This document shows positions 1 through 22,480 of a DNA stretch of 64,000 nt, in pieces. How positions within the stretch are numbered: position 1 is the stretch's first letter; every line of letters starts with the position of its first letter. The notes under the pieces are model-generated. The model made no database searches and was not told where the DNA came from. It was given only the letters and a program-made list of their open reading frames with translations. The stretch is from the human T2T-CHM13v2.0 reference genome, Homo sapiens. Made by a program: the position numbers and the translations under genes. The stretch lies in assembly GCF_009914755.1 (NCBI RefSeq), contig NC_060933.1; one strand, given 5' to 3'.

Positions 1-100
1 TCTGTTTAATATTGTGGCTCAATCATCCTAGCAAGACAAGCCATCTGCGACCCTCCATAGAAATATTTTCCTGTCTCCAGCCTCTGTAGTCTTTGTTCTT

Positions 101-104
<4 letters not shown>

Positions 105-135
<31 letters not shown>
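105..135. repeat. (TG)15 microsatellite
   Basis: Uninterrupted TG dinucleotide run seen directly. Confidence 0.97.
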
Positions 136-138
<3 letters not shown>

Positions 139-499
139 GTTTATTTATTCATTTTTAAATGTCTCACCTTTTCCTTTATATCAATTCAAGCTGAAAACTT
201 GGCCTAAAACTCCTTTAGAAAAGAATCTCCAAATATTTTGATCTTTGAGCTTTAACTTTCTGGGAATCTAGGCTCAGAGGTAGATGTATTTTTCCCATTT
301 CTGATTTTTTTCTTTCACACTTTGGGAACTCAATACACATGATGAGTAAACAGATGAATTCTGAAAAGCAGCCTCCTTTACCATTAACAACTACACAACT
401 CCTATTCTAGACACAAGTGCTGATACTGGCACACATATGACATTCATTTCCTATAGGCACTTCTGCCCTGACTTTGCCTCTCATTCTGTTAGCAGACAG

Positions 500-632
500 T
501 TTGTGTCTGGTCTGTTTACCCAATTGAAAAGAGCAGGATCCGCATCTGTCTCAGTCGCTGATGGGCTACAACGTTCAACCACAGCGCCTGGCAAGGAGTA
601 GGCATTTAGGAATATGTGGATTGAATGAATGG
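500..632 (+). mobile_element. L2 LINE 3' end fragment
   Basis: gcctggcaaggagtaggcatttaggaatatgtggattgaatgaat resembles the L2 3' terminus (gcctggcacatagtagg...tgaatgaat). Boundaries approximate. Confidence 0.6.
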
Positions 633-932
633 TTGCTAGGGAGTATGGTGGCCTCTTAATTTTATGCTGGGCTCATCCCAGTGCGCGCACGTGGGAACTT
701 CACAAAAGTTATTTCATGAGCACAGCGCTGAATCCCCTTATCCTACGGAGTTTACTGAAGTGGGGCCAGTTCTCCGCCTCTTTTAACTTTACTGCCAAGG
801 CAGGAGAGGGGTGGAGTGGCCTGGAAGACAGTTGGAAGGAGGGTGGGAGATTTGCTTTCTTACAAAGATGCTTTGGGAGACTGGATCTATAGCGCCAAAT
901 TTTCAGGAAGAAATGATCCTGAGTCCCAATGG

Positions 933-980
933 CAAAAAAAACAAAAACAAAAACAAAAAACAAAACAAAACAAAACAAAA
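933..980. repeat. (CAAAA)n / A-rich simple repeat upstream of the CpG island
   Basis: caaaaaaaacaaaaacaaaaacaaaaaacaaaacaaaacaaaacaaaa seen directly. Confidence 0.95.
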
Positions 981-1079
981 CCCCACAAAACCTGCAGCCG
1001 AGCTCAGTGTGTATCTTCTGTTAAAGAGACAGCCTGAAAGCCTCCTGTGTACTGAGAGCGTGGTCCAAACCAGAGAAGG

Positions 1080-2860
1080 GGGCGCCCTAGCTTGCCCCCA
1101 GCAAGCCATTAGTACAGGAAGACAATCAGCGAAGTCAACCTCACTGAACCCACTTCTTGGGCTCCCTGTGCCCGACGCTGGCTTCTGGTTCACGGCGTGC
1201 CTACCCAGCTGTCGTGGGTCCCCGTCACTCCCGGGCGCATGTTGCAAAACAAATCAACTCCATGGGAAAAGCTCCATGAGCGCCCAGGGGACAAGTCCCC
1301 ACGGACAAACATGTCATAACGATTTCAGTTTTGTCCCATTACGTGAGGTTGTAAGTTTCTTCATCATTCCCCCCTCCCAACAAGCACAAAATCGTCCCCA
1401 GCCCCTGGAGCATCTTGCGGGGCTCCCAGGTCAGCAACAGCACTCGGAGCTCCGAGCTCCAGGGAAAGCGCTCAGGGAATGGCTCCTAGGACTGGTTCCT
1501 GGGAAAGCGCCAGCGTCCAGGGAGAGATTTCCTTCTCCAAGGGCCGGCAGGGTGGCATTCCAAGCGCGAGCAAGGTGGGCAGTGAGCGATCCTCCCTTTA
1601 AAAAAGAATAAATAAATAGAAGCCAGCGCGCAGCCCCGCTCGGGTTTCCCGAAGCGCACACCGCTGTCGCTGCCGGGGCGGCTGGATGTCTGCGCTCCCC
1701 GCCTCCGCTGGGCTGACACGGGAGGGGAGGAGCAGGAGCTGGAGGGGTGTTGGGGGTGGGGGGAGCGCGAACCATCTCGAGCCAAGACAAGCAGCACATT
1801 CACAAATAACGCCCCCACCCCCAGCGCACGCGCTCCCATTCAAAGCAGACCCGCTCCGCGGCCGCACTGAAGCTCCAAAGCCGCGCCGCCTGCCCCAGCG
1901 CAGCTCTGTCTCGTGGGGCGCACGCCCGAGCCCGCCTGCCGGCCGCCGCCGCGGAGCCACCGCAATCAGCCCAGGAGGCGGCCACCTCTTCGAGGGAGGG
2001 GTCTCGCCTGAGACTCCCCTTGGTCCCCGCCATGGGGACCATGGCACGACTGGAGGCGCCCCAGTGCCCCGGGTTCCTGGCCCGCCTCCTCGGTGGCACC
2101 TGGTGCCTGCTCTGTATCGCCGGACAGGTAGGGTAGCCTGTGCGTCTTGCGTCCCTCCCGGGGACTCTGCTTCTAAAGCCTGTGCTACAGCGAAAAGCGC
2201 TACAGCGTGGGAGGTGCTCTCTTCCGCGAAGGTCCATCCTGGGGCTGCGCTGCCGCCCAGGCTGGGGACAAGTGGCGCGGGGTTGGGGCTAAGGCGTACC
2301 CTGGGGTCGATCGGGTCGATCTCTGCGTTTAGGCTTGACCCAGCTTCCTGGGACCCTGTCCTGGCTTTTCGCCCTTACCTGGGTCCTGCTTCCAGCCAGG
2401 CAGAGCCGGGGCGAGAAGGCGGCGCCTGAGCTGGGGAGCTGTCATCCCCAACAGTCCTCTACCCCCCACCCTTTCCGACAGTCCTTCGCGGAGCCCCCTC
2501 TCTCGTTCCAGGCTGAGGCTTGGGCGGCGCCGGGGAGACTCGGGTGCTGGGACACTCCTCCACACTTCCGCCCTTCTGCGGACCTAGTGAACTTCTGACA
2601 CTGTCACCCTAGGGCCGCCCGCAGCCGAGTGTCGGGGGCGCAGCGTTGTAATGTGTGCGGACGCCGGACCAGGTGGGCTCCCTGGTGCCTCCGCGGTCTA
2701 GAGGTGGCTCTGGTGGGTGGGTGCCCGAGGATTGGCCCTGACCATACCCCCTCCGAATCCTCCCAGGGTCTTCTCCAGGGCCACACGGGGTGTATAAGGA
2801 ACTGGGGACTTCTCCAGGGTGGGAAATTCAGGCCCTGAGGCGGCGCGGAAGGGCCCTGGG
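1080..2860 (+). promoter_or_regulatory. CpG-island promoter
   Basis: Very GC-rich and CpG-dense compared with the rest of the window. Contains G-tracts (1720-1766), an NRF1-like GCGCACGCGC (~1824), an AT-rich insert (1597-1620) and a downstream splice donor. TSS not determinable from sequence. Confidence 0.92.
2032..2127 (+). CDS. ADAMTSL1: First coding exon, signal-peptide-like MGTMARLEAPQCPGFLARLLGGTWCLLCIAGQ; probably the distal alternative exon 1 of ADAMTS-like 1 (punctin-1)
   Basis: Strong Kozak contexts gccATGG (2032) and accATGG (2041) in one frame, a hydrophobic/Cys-rich stretch, and a phase-0 donor GGACAG|GTAGGG. Coding length is 96 nt from ATG1 or 87 nt from ATG2. The gene name rests on my recollection of a distal ADAMTSL1 isoform with an 87/96-nt first coding exon and a very large first intron; not verified by search. 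Exon confidence ~0.8, gene name ~0.6. Confidence 0.62.
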
Positions 2861-3457
2861 AGAGGGTGTCTGATTAATTCAGTTTGCCTGGTAGTGGTTT
2901 ATTATCACAAGACTTGGAGAAAGCTGCTTAGGGAAGAGGGCAGGGGTCCAGGGTCGAGTCAAACTCAGAATGCCTGCGGTTCCTTGGTTTTCACACTTTC
3001 CAGACTCAGGTTAACTTTTGCTTAAAACCCACGATTTGGGCAGTTTGTACATAATTTAGCCTCCATAGATTTGCCTTTCACAGGATTACTTGGGTAATTC
3101 TGGGAAAATACCCAAATACTCTTGGCCGGAATTACCGCCAGATAGCCTCCCTTTCCTCTGTTTTGCTTATGGAGACTTGTCCAAATAGGGGGATTTCCTT
3201 CCCTCGCTTTTTCTTAACGTTTTGCAACTTGTTTTCCGATCTCTATTTTAAAATTTTGATTGCAGTGGTGCACTTCTAGAGGCTGAGAGAGGACCGAGAA
3301 TGTTGTCTCAGAAGGGCCCGGAGCAGCAGGGATTACTCTCATCAGTAGTAGAAATTTTCAGCAGGGAACACCTGCTTAGATTGGAATATGACAAACAGTT
3401 GGAAAAGCTTGTATTAATTATCAGCAAGTTGTATTCCCACCATGCTTCGTTCCTTGT

Positions 3458-3637
3458 CAGGGCTTCCCAGCCATGGCTGCACAGTAGAATTACCTAGGGG
3501 AGCTCTAGAAATTTCCTGCGTTAGGGCCACACCCCAGCTGGATTACATCAGAATCCTGGAGGGAGAGGGGAGGCTGGGACATCAGAAATTCTAAAGCTCT
3601 CGGGTAATTCTGTTCTGCAGCTGGGTTAAAACCCAAT
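3458..3637. mobile_element. MER5-type hAT-Charlie MITE
   Basis: ggctgcacagtagaattacctagggg...ccacaccccag...atcagaatc...gtaattct...gggttaaaacc matches the MER5A layout. Confidence 0.7.
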
Positions 3638-3664
3638 GTGCAAAAATGACCTGCCTTAATGTGA

Positions 3665-3962
<298 letters not shown>

Positions 3963-3994
3963 AATGTGACTTGTTTTATAGAATCATGGCCCCA

Positions 3995-5204
3995 TGTGTC
4001 TTTATAGCAGCATGATTTATAGTCCTTTGGGTATATACCCAGTAATGGGATGGCTGGGTCAAATGGTATTTCTAGTTCTAGGTCCCTGAGGACTCGCCAC
4101 ACTGACTTCCACAATGGTTGAACTAGTTTACAGTCCCACCAACAGTGTAAAAGTGTTCCTATTTCTCCACATCCTCTCCAGCACCTGTTGTTTCCTGACT
4201 TTTTAATGATTGCCATTCTAACTGGTGTGAGATGGTATCTCATTGTGGTTTTGATTTGCATTTCTCTGATGGCCAGTGATGGTGAGCATTTTTTCATGTG
4301 TTTTTTGGCTGCATAAATGTCTTCTTTTGAGAAGTGTCTGTTCATGTCCTTCGCCCACTTTTTGATGGGGTTGTTTGTTTTTTTCTTGTAAATTTGTTTG
4401 AGTTCATTGTAGATTCTGGGTATTAGCCCTTTGTCAGATGAGTAGGTTGCAAAAATTTTCTCCCATTCTGTAGGTTGCCTGTTCACTCTGATGGTAGTTT
4501 CTTTTGCTGTGCAGAAGCTCTTTAGTTTAATGAGATCCCATTTGTCAATTTTGGCTTTTGTTGCCATTGCTTTTGGTGTTTTATACATGAAGTCCTTGCC
4601 CATGCCTATGTCCTGAATGGTAATGCCTAGGTTTTCTTCTAGGGTTTTTATGGTTTTAGGTCTAACGTTTAAGTCTTTAATCATCTTGAATTGATTTTCG
4701 TATAAGGTGTAAGGAAGGGATCCAGACACATGCACACGTATGTTTATTGCAGCATTATTCACAATAGCAAAGACTTGGAACCAACCCAAATGTCCAACAA
4801 TGATAGACTGGATTAAGAAAATGTGGCACATATACACCATGGAATACTATGCAGCCATAAAAAATGATGAGTTCATGTCCTTTGTAGGGACATGGATGAA
4901 ATTGGAAATCATCATTCTCAGTAAACTATCACAAAACAAAAAACCAAACACTGCATATTCTCACTCATAGGTGGGAATTGAACAATGAGAACACATGGAC
5001 ACAGGAAGGGGAACATCACACTCTGGGGCCTGTTGTGGGGTGGGGGGACCGGGGAGGGATAGCATTGGGAGATATACCTAATGCTAGATGAGGAGTTAGT
5101 GGGTGCAGCGCACCAGCATGGCACATGTATACATATGTAACTAACCTGCACATTGTGCACATTTACCCTAAAACTTAAAGTATAATTAAAAGAAAAAAAA
5201 AAAA
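3995..5204 (+). mobile_element. L1 #1: L1PA2-like, 5'-truncated and 5'-inverted
   Basis: TSD agaatcatggcccca (3980-3994, 5205-5219). ORF2 segment on the minus strand 3995-4725, then ORF2 end, 3'UTR and poly(A) on the plus strand 4724-5204. The junction has AG microhomology and a short agacaca(tg) duplication. 3'UTR ctagatga.gagttagtgggtgcagcgcacc. Confidence 0.96.
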
Positions 5205-5254
5205 AGAATCATGGCCCCAGAAGTAAACTCGAAGAACAGTAAAGAAGGCCTGAG

Positions 5255-5405
5255 ACAGGGACTTGGGAGTCTTGACATGTAGCTTCCAGTCCCGGTGCTG
5301 TCCCTAAGCGCGGTATCATTTTGGTCGAGGCCCTTACCTTCCACTTCCTCATCTGTTAAGTGAGGGTGTTGGCCCCTTTTTTCACAGGTCCTACCAGCTT
5401 TAACA
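5255..5405 (+). mobile_element. MIR-family SINE fragment
   Basis: cttcctcatctgttaagtgaggg core and caggtcctaccagcttt tail. Confidence 0.6.
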
Positions 5406-6880
5406 ACACCAGGCAGGTTGACATCTGAACCAAATTAAGACATCTTTCGTCTTATTTTTAAATATCCACAAGGTAGAAATTCTACCTTATCATTGATAAT
5501 TTGCTACAATACCTGCTCATATTTGGATCCAGCAAAGATGCTAAAAAGGAGCTTGTAGTTTCTTAGACTTGCAGTATTTTTTTTTTATGCTTTCCCACTG
5601 CCTGTTCAAACTCACTTCAAGTCATTAGGTGCTTTCTTGGCATTCATGACAAGCTGATTTTTCCTAACATTACACACATGTTCTTTCCTGTGCCACTTCT
5701 TAACCATTTCTTCTGGATAAGGATGATGACAGCAGATTTGGGTCTTGTGTGTGTGTTGCAAGTGGCTTATTGTTTAATTCCAAATGGGTCTTTCTCTTAC
5801 CACCATTCAGAGCTGCTGTCCACATGTGAGGAGCCTGATGAAACTTGTCTGAGAAAGAACAGAAAAGAGTTTAAAGTGGTAGATTGGTTCAGTATCCCGG
5901 TAAATGCAAAATGCCTTTGAGAGTTAACTTGGTCAGGTGTTTGTCACAGCAGCTGTTTAAAGTCTTCACTTGGTTTTAATCATATAGGCATTATATTTAA
6001 CCATCAAATTAAACAGATCAGAAATTTGAGGATACTTAATATCAAATCAAGAAGAAATCATTCTATGATCGATAGCCAGTGCCAGATGATTTGAACATTA
6101 TTTGGAATTTATATATTCTTCAAGCTGTTTTTGAATCAAAACACTCAATACATGAAGGTATAACAAACAGACCTCCCGTGTAGATACTGCAGCTATAGTG
6201 AAAGGAGACTGTGCAGTCAAGAGCTTTTGCTACCCAAATGGAATGATGTTTGAGCTATATTCTCCAAATAGTCCAAAGAACAATTTTAATGCCAATAAAA
6301 ATTATTTGGAAATCTAAAGATTTCTTTCTTCTCACTGAATTTCTGCTTTCAGGGGTTATTTCCCTTTCTCTTCTGACTGAATTACCCTTCTTACAGGATT
6401 CTTTTCTTTCCTTGCAACTTAAAGGCAACTCATTCCTTAGATTCTTATGAAACTGATTATTTTCCTCATTAATTTCATTTCATAAGCTGAACCCAGCATG
6501 ATCCTATTACCTTAATTGCTCCCAGATAAGGAAATGCTTAATCAACTCATGGTAACCAGTAGATATTATCAATTACTTAACGATTTCTACAACCTGACTG
6601 TAGCAATCCACTGTAAAACGAAGAAGGCTGGTCAAGAGGATGTGTTACTAGATCAGCGCAAATCCATTACTGTTGCTTAAAAATGTCACTTGCTGGCGGT
6701 TCATGTCCTTTTGGTGATATATATGTGGTAGCTCATTCAGACAGAAAGATTTAATATTTCCATTTACAATGTTATTCTAAATGGTATCCTTGTTAGGAAT
6801 TCAGTAATAAAATAAATACTTCCTGGTTGGCTGGAAAGAATTGCGCCTTTATGGGCACCTGATTTCCAACTAAAATTCTT

Positions 6881-10109
<3,229 letters not shown>

Positions 10110-10244
10110 TAAAATTCTTGAAGATGACTTGCTTGTTTTTTTTGTTATCCTCCTGTATGTTCTTGCTGTTGTTTTTATTTATTTTCTTTTTTTACCATAA
10201 TAATTTTGCATTGTTAAAAATGCTACTAAGGATTTTTATTTGTT

Positions 10245-14190
<3,946 letters not shown>

Positions 14191-14479
14191 ATATTAGACA
14201 AACATTTCTGATTTGAGATTTTTTTAATATAATAGTTACCTCCATTGTTCTCACACTGTACCTTTAATGTGATCTCCTGACTTACCATATTTTATTAAAT
14301 TCCCATTATAGTATGACTTCCTAATTCTCTTTCAAATCCTACTTTCATCATCCTTTTGTTATCTTTTATCACATTAAAAAAATCAATGATAAGTATTAAT
14401 ATGTTGTAGTGGCAATAGTGAGCCAAGTAGTACATTATTATTATTTTTTCTAGTACACTTCCTTTTTGTAAAAAAAAAA

Positions 14480-15300
14480 AGCTTTATTGAGATATAATTC
14501 ACAAACAGTACAATTTATGCATTTAAAGTACATGTTGCTATTGAGGAATCCAGACTCCATTTTAAACGGTTCTGGTTCATTGGTTTTTATTATATTCACA
14601 GTTACATTAAACCATCATCACAGTCACTTTTGCAACATTTTTGTGAATTCAAAAAGAAATCTTGTACCCTTTATATCACCCCCTTACTTCCCTCCCACCC
14701 TAGCCTAAACAACCACTTATCTACCTTCTTAATACATTTCCATGTTCTAGATTTTCGTATCAATGGAATTATATAATATGTGGACTTTTGTGACTGTCTG
14801 ATTTCACTTAACATAATGTGTTTAAGGTTTATCCAAGTTGTAGCATATATCAGTACTTCATTCCTTTCTATGGCTGAGTATTATTCCATTGTATGAATAT
14901 AACACATTTTGTTTATTTGTTCATCTACCTATGGGTATTTGGATTTTTCCCACTTTTTAGCTATTATGAGTAATGCTGCTATAAACATTTATGTACAAGT
15001 TTTTGGGTGGACAAATGTTTTTATTTCTCTTGGGTATATACCTAGGAGTGTAATTGCTAGGTTAAATAGTACACTATATTTAATCATTTGAGAAACTGCC
15101 AGAGTGTTTTCCAAACCTGCTACACCATTATACATTCCCATCAGCAGTGTATGAAGGTCCTAATTTTTCCACATCCTCACTATCACTTATTAGTATCTGA
15201 CCTTTTGATTATAGCCATCCTGGTGAATATGAAGTGATTCCTCATTGTGATTTTTGTTTGCATTTCTCTAATGACTAATGATGTTGCGGATCTTTTCATT
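14480..15300 (-). mobile_element. L1MB-like 3' end
   Basis: gctttattgagatataattcaca...tttcacttaacataatg...ttgggtatatacctaggagtg typical L1MB 3' region. Confidence 0.8.
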
Positions 15301-15619
15301 TTTACTTATGTTTTATTAGAGTTAACAACTGCCTTGATTGAAAGAAAAGTTCTTAATTTATGTAACTGTTACTCTTTTCCTCCAGTGCTACTGAATACCT
15401 GTCACATGCCTATGAATAATTTTTCCAAATGCAAAGGCATAATAACAATCAGAGTCAGTTCCTTTGCCCTGCTAGCATTCCTCCTTTCACCCTTCTCTGT
15501 TGTCTTTAGGTCTGATTGCTTTTTGCGTACCCACCCTCATAGCTGTCATACTAAGACTTCGCTTCTTTTATTCTGTTGAACTGGCCTATTTCATAGATTC
15601 CTCAACCTCCAGAAAATAA

Positions 15620-16420
15620 AATGTGTATGAAAGTAAAATTTTTTAAAACTACTTTTGTGTCCAGAAAGTTATTCTACTCTCACACTTGTTGCTTATTTTG
15701 CATGACATAGACTCCTAGGTTGAAAATAGTTTTCTCCCTGCTTCTACTCCCCTCCCTCAAATTTTGGTGGCATCACCGCGTTCTCTTTTGACATCTCATG
15801 TTGCTATTGAGGAATCCAGTTCCATTTTAAATCTAGATCCTGTGTCTTCAGCCTGCATTTTTTGGTCTCTGGAAACTTCTAGAATGTTCATTTTATATCT
15901 GGCACTCTAAAGCAAAGGTCGGCAAACTTTTTCTGTAAAGGGAAATAGTGTAAGTGTTTTAGGCTTTGTGGGCTATACGGTCTTTGTCCTAACTTCTCAA
16001 CTCTGCCTTTATAGCATGAAAGAAGCCTAGACAGTTGTAAACAAATGATTGTGACTGTGTTCCAATAAACTATTTACAAAACCAGGCAAGAGGGCGGATT
16101 TGGCCCATGGGCCATCGTTTGCAGACCCCTGTGCTAAAGTTTCATAATGCTGTGCCTTGCTGTGGGTTATTTAAATTCACCATGCTAGGTTCTTTGTGGG
16201 CTTTCAGTAGATCTGTCTCTTTCAATTTAGGGAATATTTATTTTCATATATCCTCAATAATTTCCTTTCCAACATTTTATGTGTTTGCTTTTTGTAAAAC
16301 TCCTATTAGTTATTTGGCCTCTTGGGTTGTTCATCATCTCTTAAAATCTTTTGTATTTATTTGTTTGTTATACTTTCTAAAGGATTTTCTCAATTTTATT
16401 TTCAACAGAGTTAAATTTAC
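15620..16420 (-). mobile_element. Very old L1M fragment, split by MER58
   Basis: Degenerate L1ME-like T-rich sequence either side of the MER58. Boundaries approximate. Confidence 0.5.
15913..16131. mobile_element. MER58A hAT-Charlie MITE
   Basis: TIRs caaaggtcggcaaac / gtttgcagacccctg, internal ttttctgtaaaggg...ttccaataaac; 8-bp TSD remnants ctctaaag/tgctaaag. Confidence 0.88.
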
Positions 16421-17489
16421 GTAGATTTTGAACCAGTATTCCTAGCTGGGGACAAACTTCACTCATCTCCCTCTTCTTTCAACAGCACCAGGTACCTCCA
16501 AGTCTGAAGCCCTACAGCCCACATGGTTTGGTGACTCCTTGTTTTATCTCTCTGCCCGCACAATTCTGCTAAGTCAGTTACAATTCCTCCACCAGTTTTC
16601 CATATTCCAAAAATTTATTTTCATCTTTCGCCTGTTGTTGTGTCCTTTCCAATTCTTTTGTCATCTTTATTTATTTACTGTTATTTTAGCAGACATTTGG
16701 GAGAGAAAATATGGTGTTCAACCTGCCATGTTAACTGGAAGTTAGCACTATTTATTCTCTTTAATTTCTATTTTTCTATCCTGATCCAGTTCCCAATCTT
16801 GTTATAACTCATTCTGGTTATGAGGCACACTTTTCAGAGACTGACACTTTTTATTTCCTAGTGTAAATAAGACACTGGTCAGAATTATAAAAAAGACACT
16901 AGATTTGTGTTCTAGAGGCCCAGGGTCTAGTTCTGGATTTAGTGACCCTTTCTGCAAGTACAAATGTCAGAATTTTTTTTTAGGGAAGAGATTCCGTGCT
17001 CACTGACTGCCTTCTGGTTGCCAAACACAATAATAACAGCTCTCTCCATCCCTATTTTTGTTTTTTAATTTTTCAGTAACAGCTCATTTTTCATTCTCTG
17101 TTGAAGTAAACATAGTCTAACCTATTTGCTTAGAGATACAGCACAGAAATATTTTATTTTATACATTTTGACATTCATATTTGGAAACAGTTTTATGAGA
17201 GAACATAGAGTTAACATGATATAAAGATCTGGCCTTGAAATATCATGTGTGGTATTAAAAATGTATTCTCTAAGGTGTGATTGCAGTTCAGGCTTTTTTT
17301 TTTTTTTGTGGTGGAGAATGGAGATGAGGTGAAATGAATGGGAAATAATTTTTGAATAGTTATTAATTCTATATCAGTTTTAATGTTTTATTTTGCACTG
17401 GGATGATCTCTAAGTGGAGAATTATGCATTTTGGGGGCAGTGGGGTGAGTAGCGCACGTGCTACATATTTCTTTTCAGTTCTGCTCATG

Positions 17490-17945
17490 ACCATAGGATT
17501 ATAAGGCTGGAAGGCGTCTTAAGGACTCTTTAGTCTTGTGTTTCACAAACTTCAGTGTGCCTAAGTCAGTTGTGCTATGTTGCATAATTCCAGAGGTCAC
17601 TGAAGAATAGATCTGTGCAACTAAAAGCTGAGAAGTTTTTCATTGCAGATTCCTGAGCCTCAATCTCAGAGATTCTGATTCAATAGGACTAGGATGGGTT
17701 TAGGGATATGCGTTTATTACCGGTACCCCCTCCATTCCCACCCTTCCCCCTCACCCACATAACCACAGAGGATTCAGACACATTTTGACCAAAAACCACA
17801 TTTTAGGAAACACTGATATGATGTGTCTTATTTACAGATGAGAGAGGTAAGGTCTTAGAAAGTTGAGTTGACTTGTCCCAGTTTGTTAGAGGGAGAGGTG
17901 GGAGTAAACCACGCATCTCATAACTCTGCTCAGTGATTTTTTCCC
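17490..17945. mobile_element. MIR interrupted by MER5-type MITE (~17540-17817)
   Basis: MIR pieces (aaggctggaagg...; tttacagatgag...gacttgtcc) flank gtttcacaaactt...gattctgattcaatagg...tttaggaaacactg. Confidence 0.6.
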
Positions 17946-18145
17946 ATCAGAGCATACGCTATTATTTTAGTGTCTAGTTACATCATGAACTAAAGATATG
18001 AACCACCAGTTTAAAGTGTCTTTATTTGTAGTAACTGCAGTTGTTTATAAATGGTTTTCAGATGTTTAGGAATAGCCTCAGCTCTCAGTCACTCTGCAGC
18101 AGAGGAATGATCAGAGACATAGGGGAAGGAAAGCCCCAACCCTTA

Positions 18146-21074
<2,929 letters not shown>

Positions 21075-21513
21075 AGAAAACCATCCAAAGCATCCAGCAA
21101 CCTGACACTTGACGAAATGGAGAATACGTGCTGCTCAATACCTTCTCTCCCCAAGCGCAATGTAGCAATTGTTGCTACATTCTTGGAGGAAAGGAAGGAA
21201 ATGTTTCATGTGCCTATTATTTAGGATGTTCTCCCCATTTCTACCACAAACCAGCCAAACAAAATACCTGCAGATACGCTCCACTGACTCATGCGGTCTG
21301 TGATGTCTACTGCATATGGAAAGGAAAGAAGTTTTCTTTATTGTTAATAATCATTGTCATACTGCTTGTACGTTTTATGAAGAATGACTATTGTGATGTT
21401 TCTTTCAGACATCACCTGCAGAGAAATAAAGGTTGTTTATTATTAAAGAGTGCTTATTTATTGGTATAAGATGAAATTCAAATTCTCAGTTTCGAATGCT
21501 AATTTTAAAACTC

Positions 21514-21910
21514 TGTATTATTTAGGATGGACTAGATCATGCTGTAATAGCAAATAACCCCCAAAACACGATGGTTTAACACCACCAAGGTTTATTTCAC
21601 CACTCGGCCACATCACCAGTGTGGATCGTCAGGAACGCTTGGCTCACTGGGCGTACTCAGGAATCCATGCTGACGGCAGCTCCATCTCAACCCGCATTTC
21701 CATAGCCACCCAGGAAGGAGGAGGAGAGTGCTGCTCTAAATAAATACTTCCACTCAGAGGTGACACAGGACACAATGATTTTTTACTTCATTGTAGAACT
21801 AATAGATTCACTTTGGCAATCTCCTGCCAATGGTTAAAACAAGAGGTGCTTTTGCTCACATACTATTGGCCAATCAAATTCAAGAGGATTGTAAGTGTAA
21901 TGTTATCATG
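21514..21910 (-). mobile_element. Old MaLR (MLT1J/K/L-like) LTR
   Basis: tgtattatttaggatggactag...atgctgtaatagcaaataaccccc...aggtttatttc end typical of old MLT1. Confidence 0.55.
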
Positions 21911-22480
21911 AATCCAGAATATCCCCTTTCTTGTTTTGGTTTCCACCAATTAGCTTTTCCAAGCTCTCAGATTTCCAAGGTGTGGTCTAGATGTTTAAGT
22001 TTTCTGACTGTGTGTGTCTATGTGTACAGAGATTCTCCGACATTACAGTGAAACCACTTATAATTTTCTTTATCTTACCCATTAAAATTATTTTAAAACT
22101 TATGGTAGAATATATATAACACAATTGACCATCATGACCACTTTTAAGTTTACATTTCAGTAGTGTGAAGTACATTTATGTTGTTGTACAACCATCATTA
22201 CCATCCGTCTCCAGAGCTCTTTTCAACTTGCAAAACTGAAAGTCTATAGCCACGAACAACTCCTCGTTCTTTTCTTCCCCTATCCCCTGGCAACCACCAT
22301 ACTATGTTCTGTTTATGATTTTGACTGCTCTAGGTACCTTACATAAGTTGGAATCACACAGTGTTTGGTTTTATTTTGTGACTGGCTTATTTCACTTAAA
22401 CATAATGTCCACAGGGCTTATCCATATCGTAGCATATATCAGAATTTCCTTCCTTTTTGGGGCTAAATAATATTCCACTG

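Noticed and set aside
1068-1090. CTCF-like site agagaagggggcgccc
   Set aside because: Only the 3' half matches the CCASYAGRKGGCRS consensus; not supportable without ChIP data.
811-2429. Long ORFs of 266 aa (811-1611) and 247 aa (1686-2429) plus antisense ORFs in the CpG island
   Set aside because: Stop-poor GC-rich DNA; one runs through the (CAAAA)n repeat; no domain similarity. The 1686 ORF is out of frame with the Kozak ATG/donor exon and reads through the donor.
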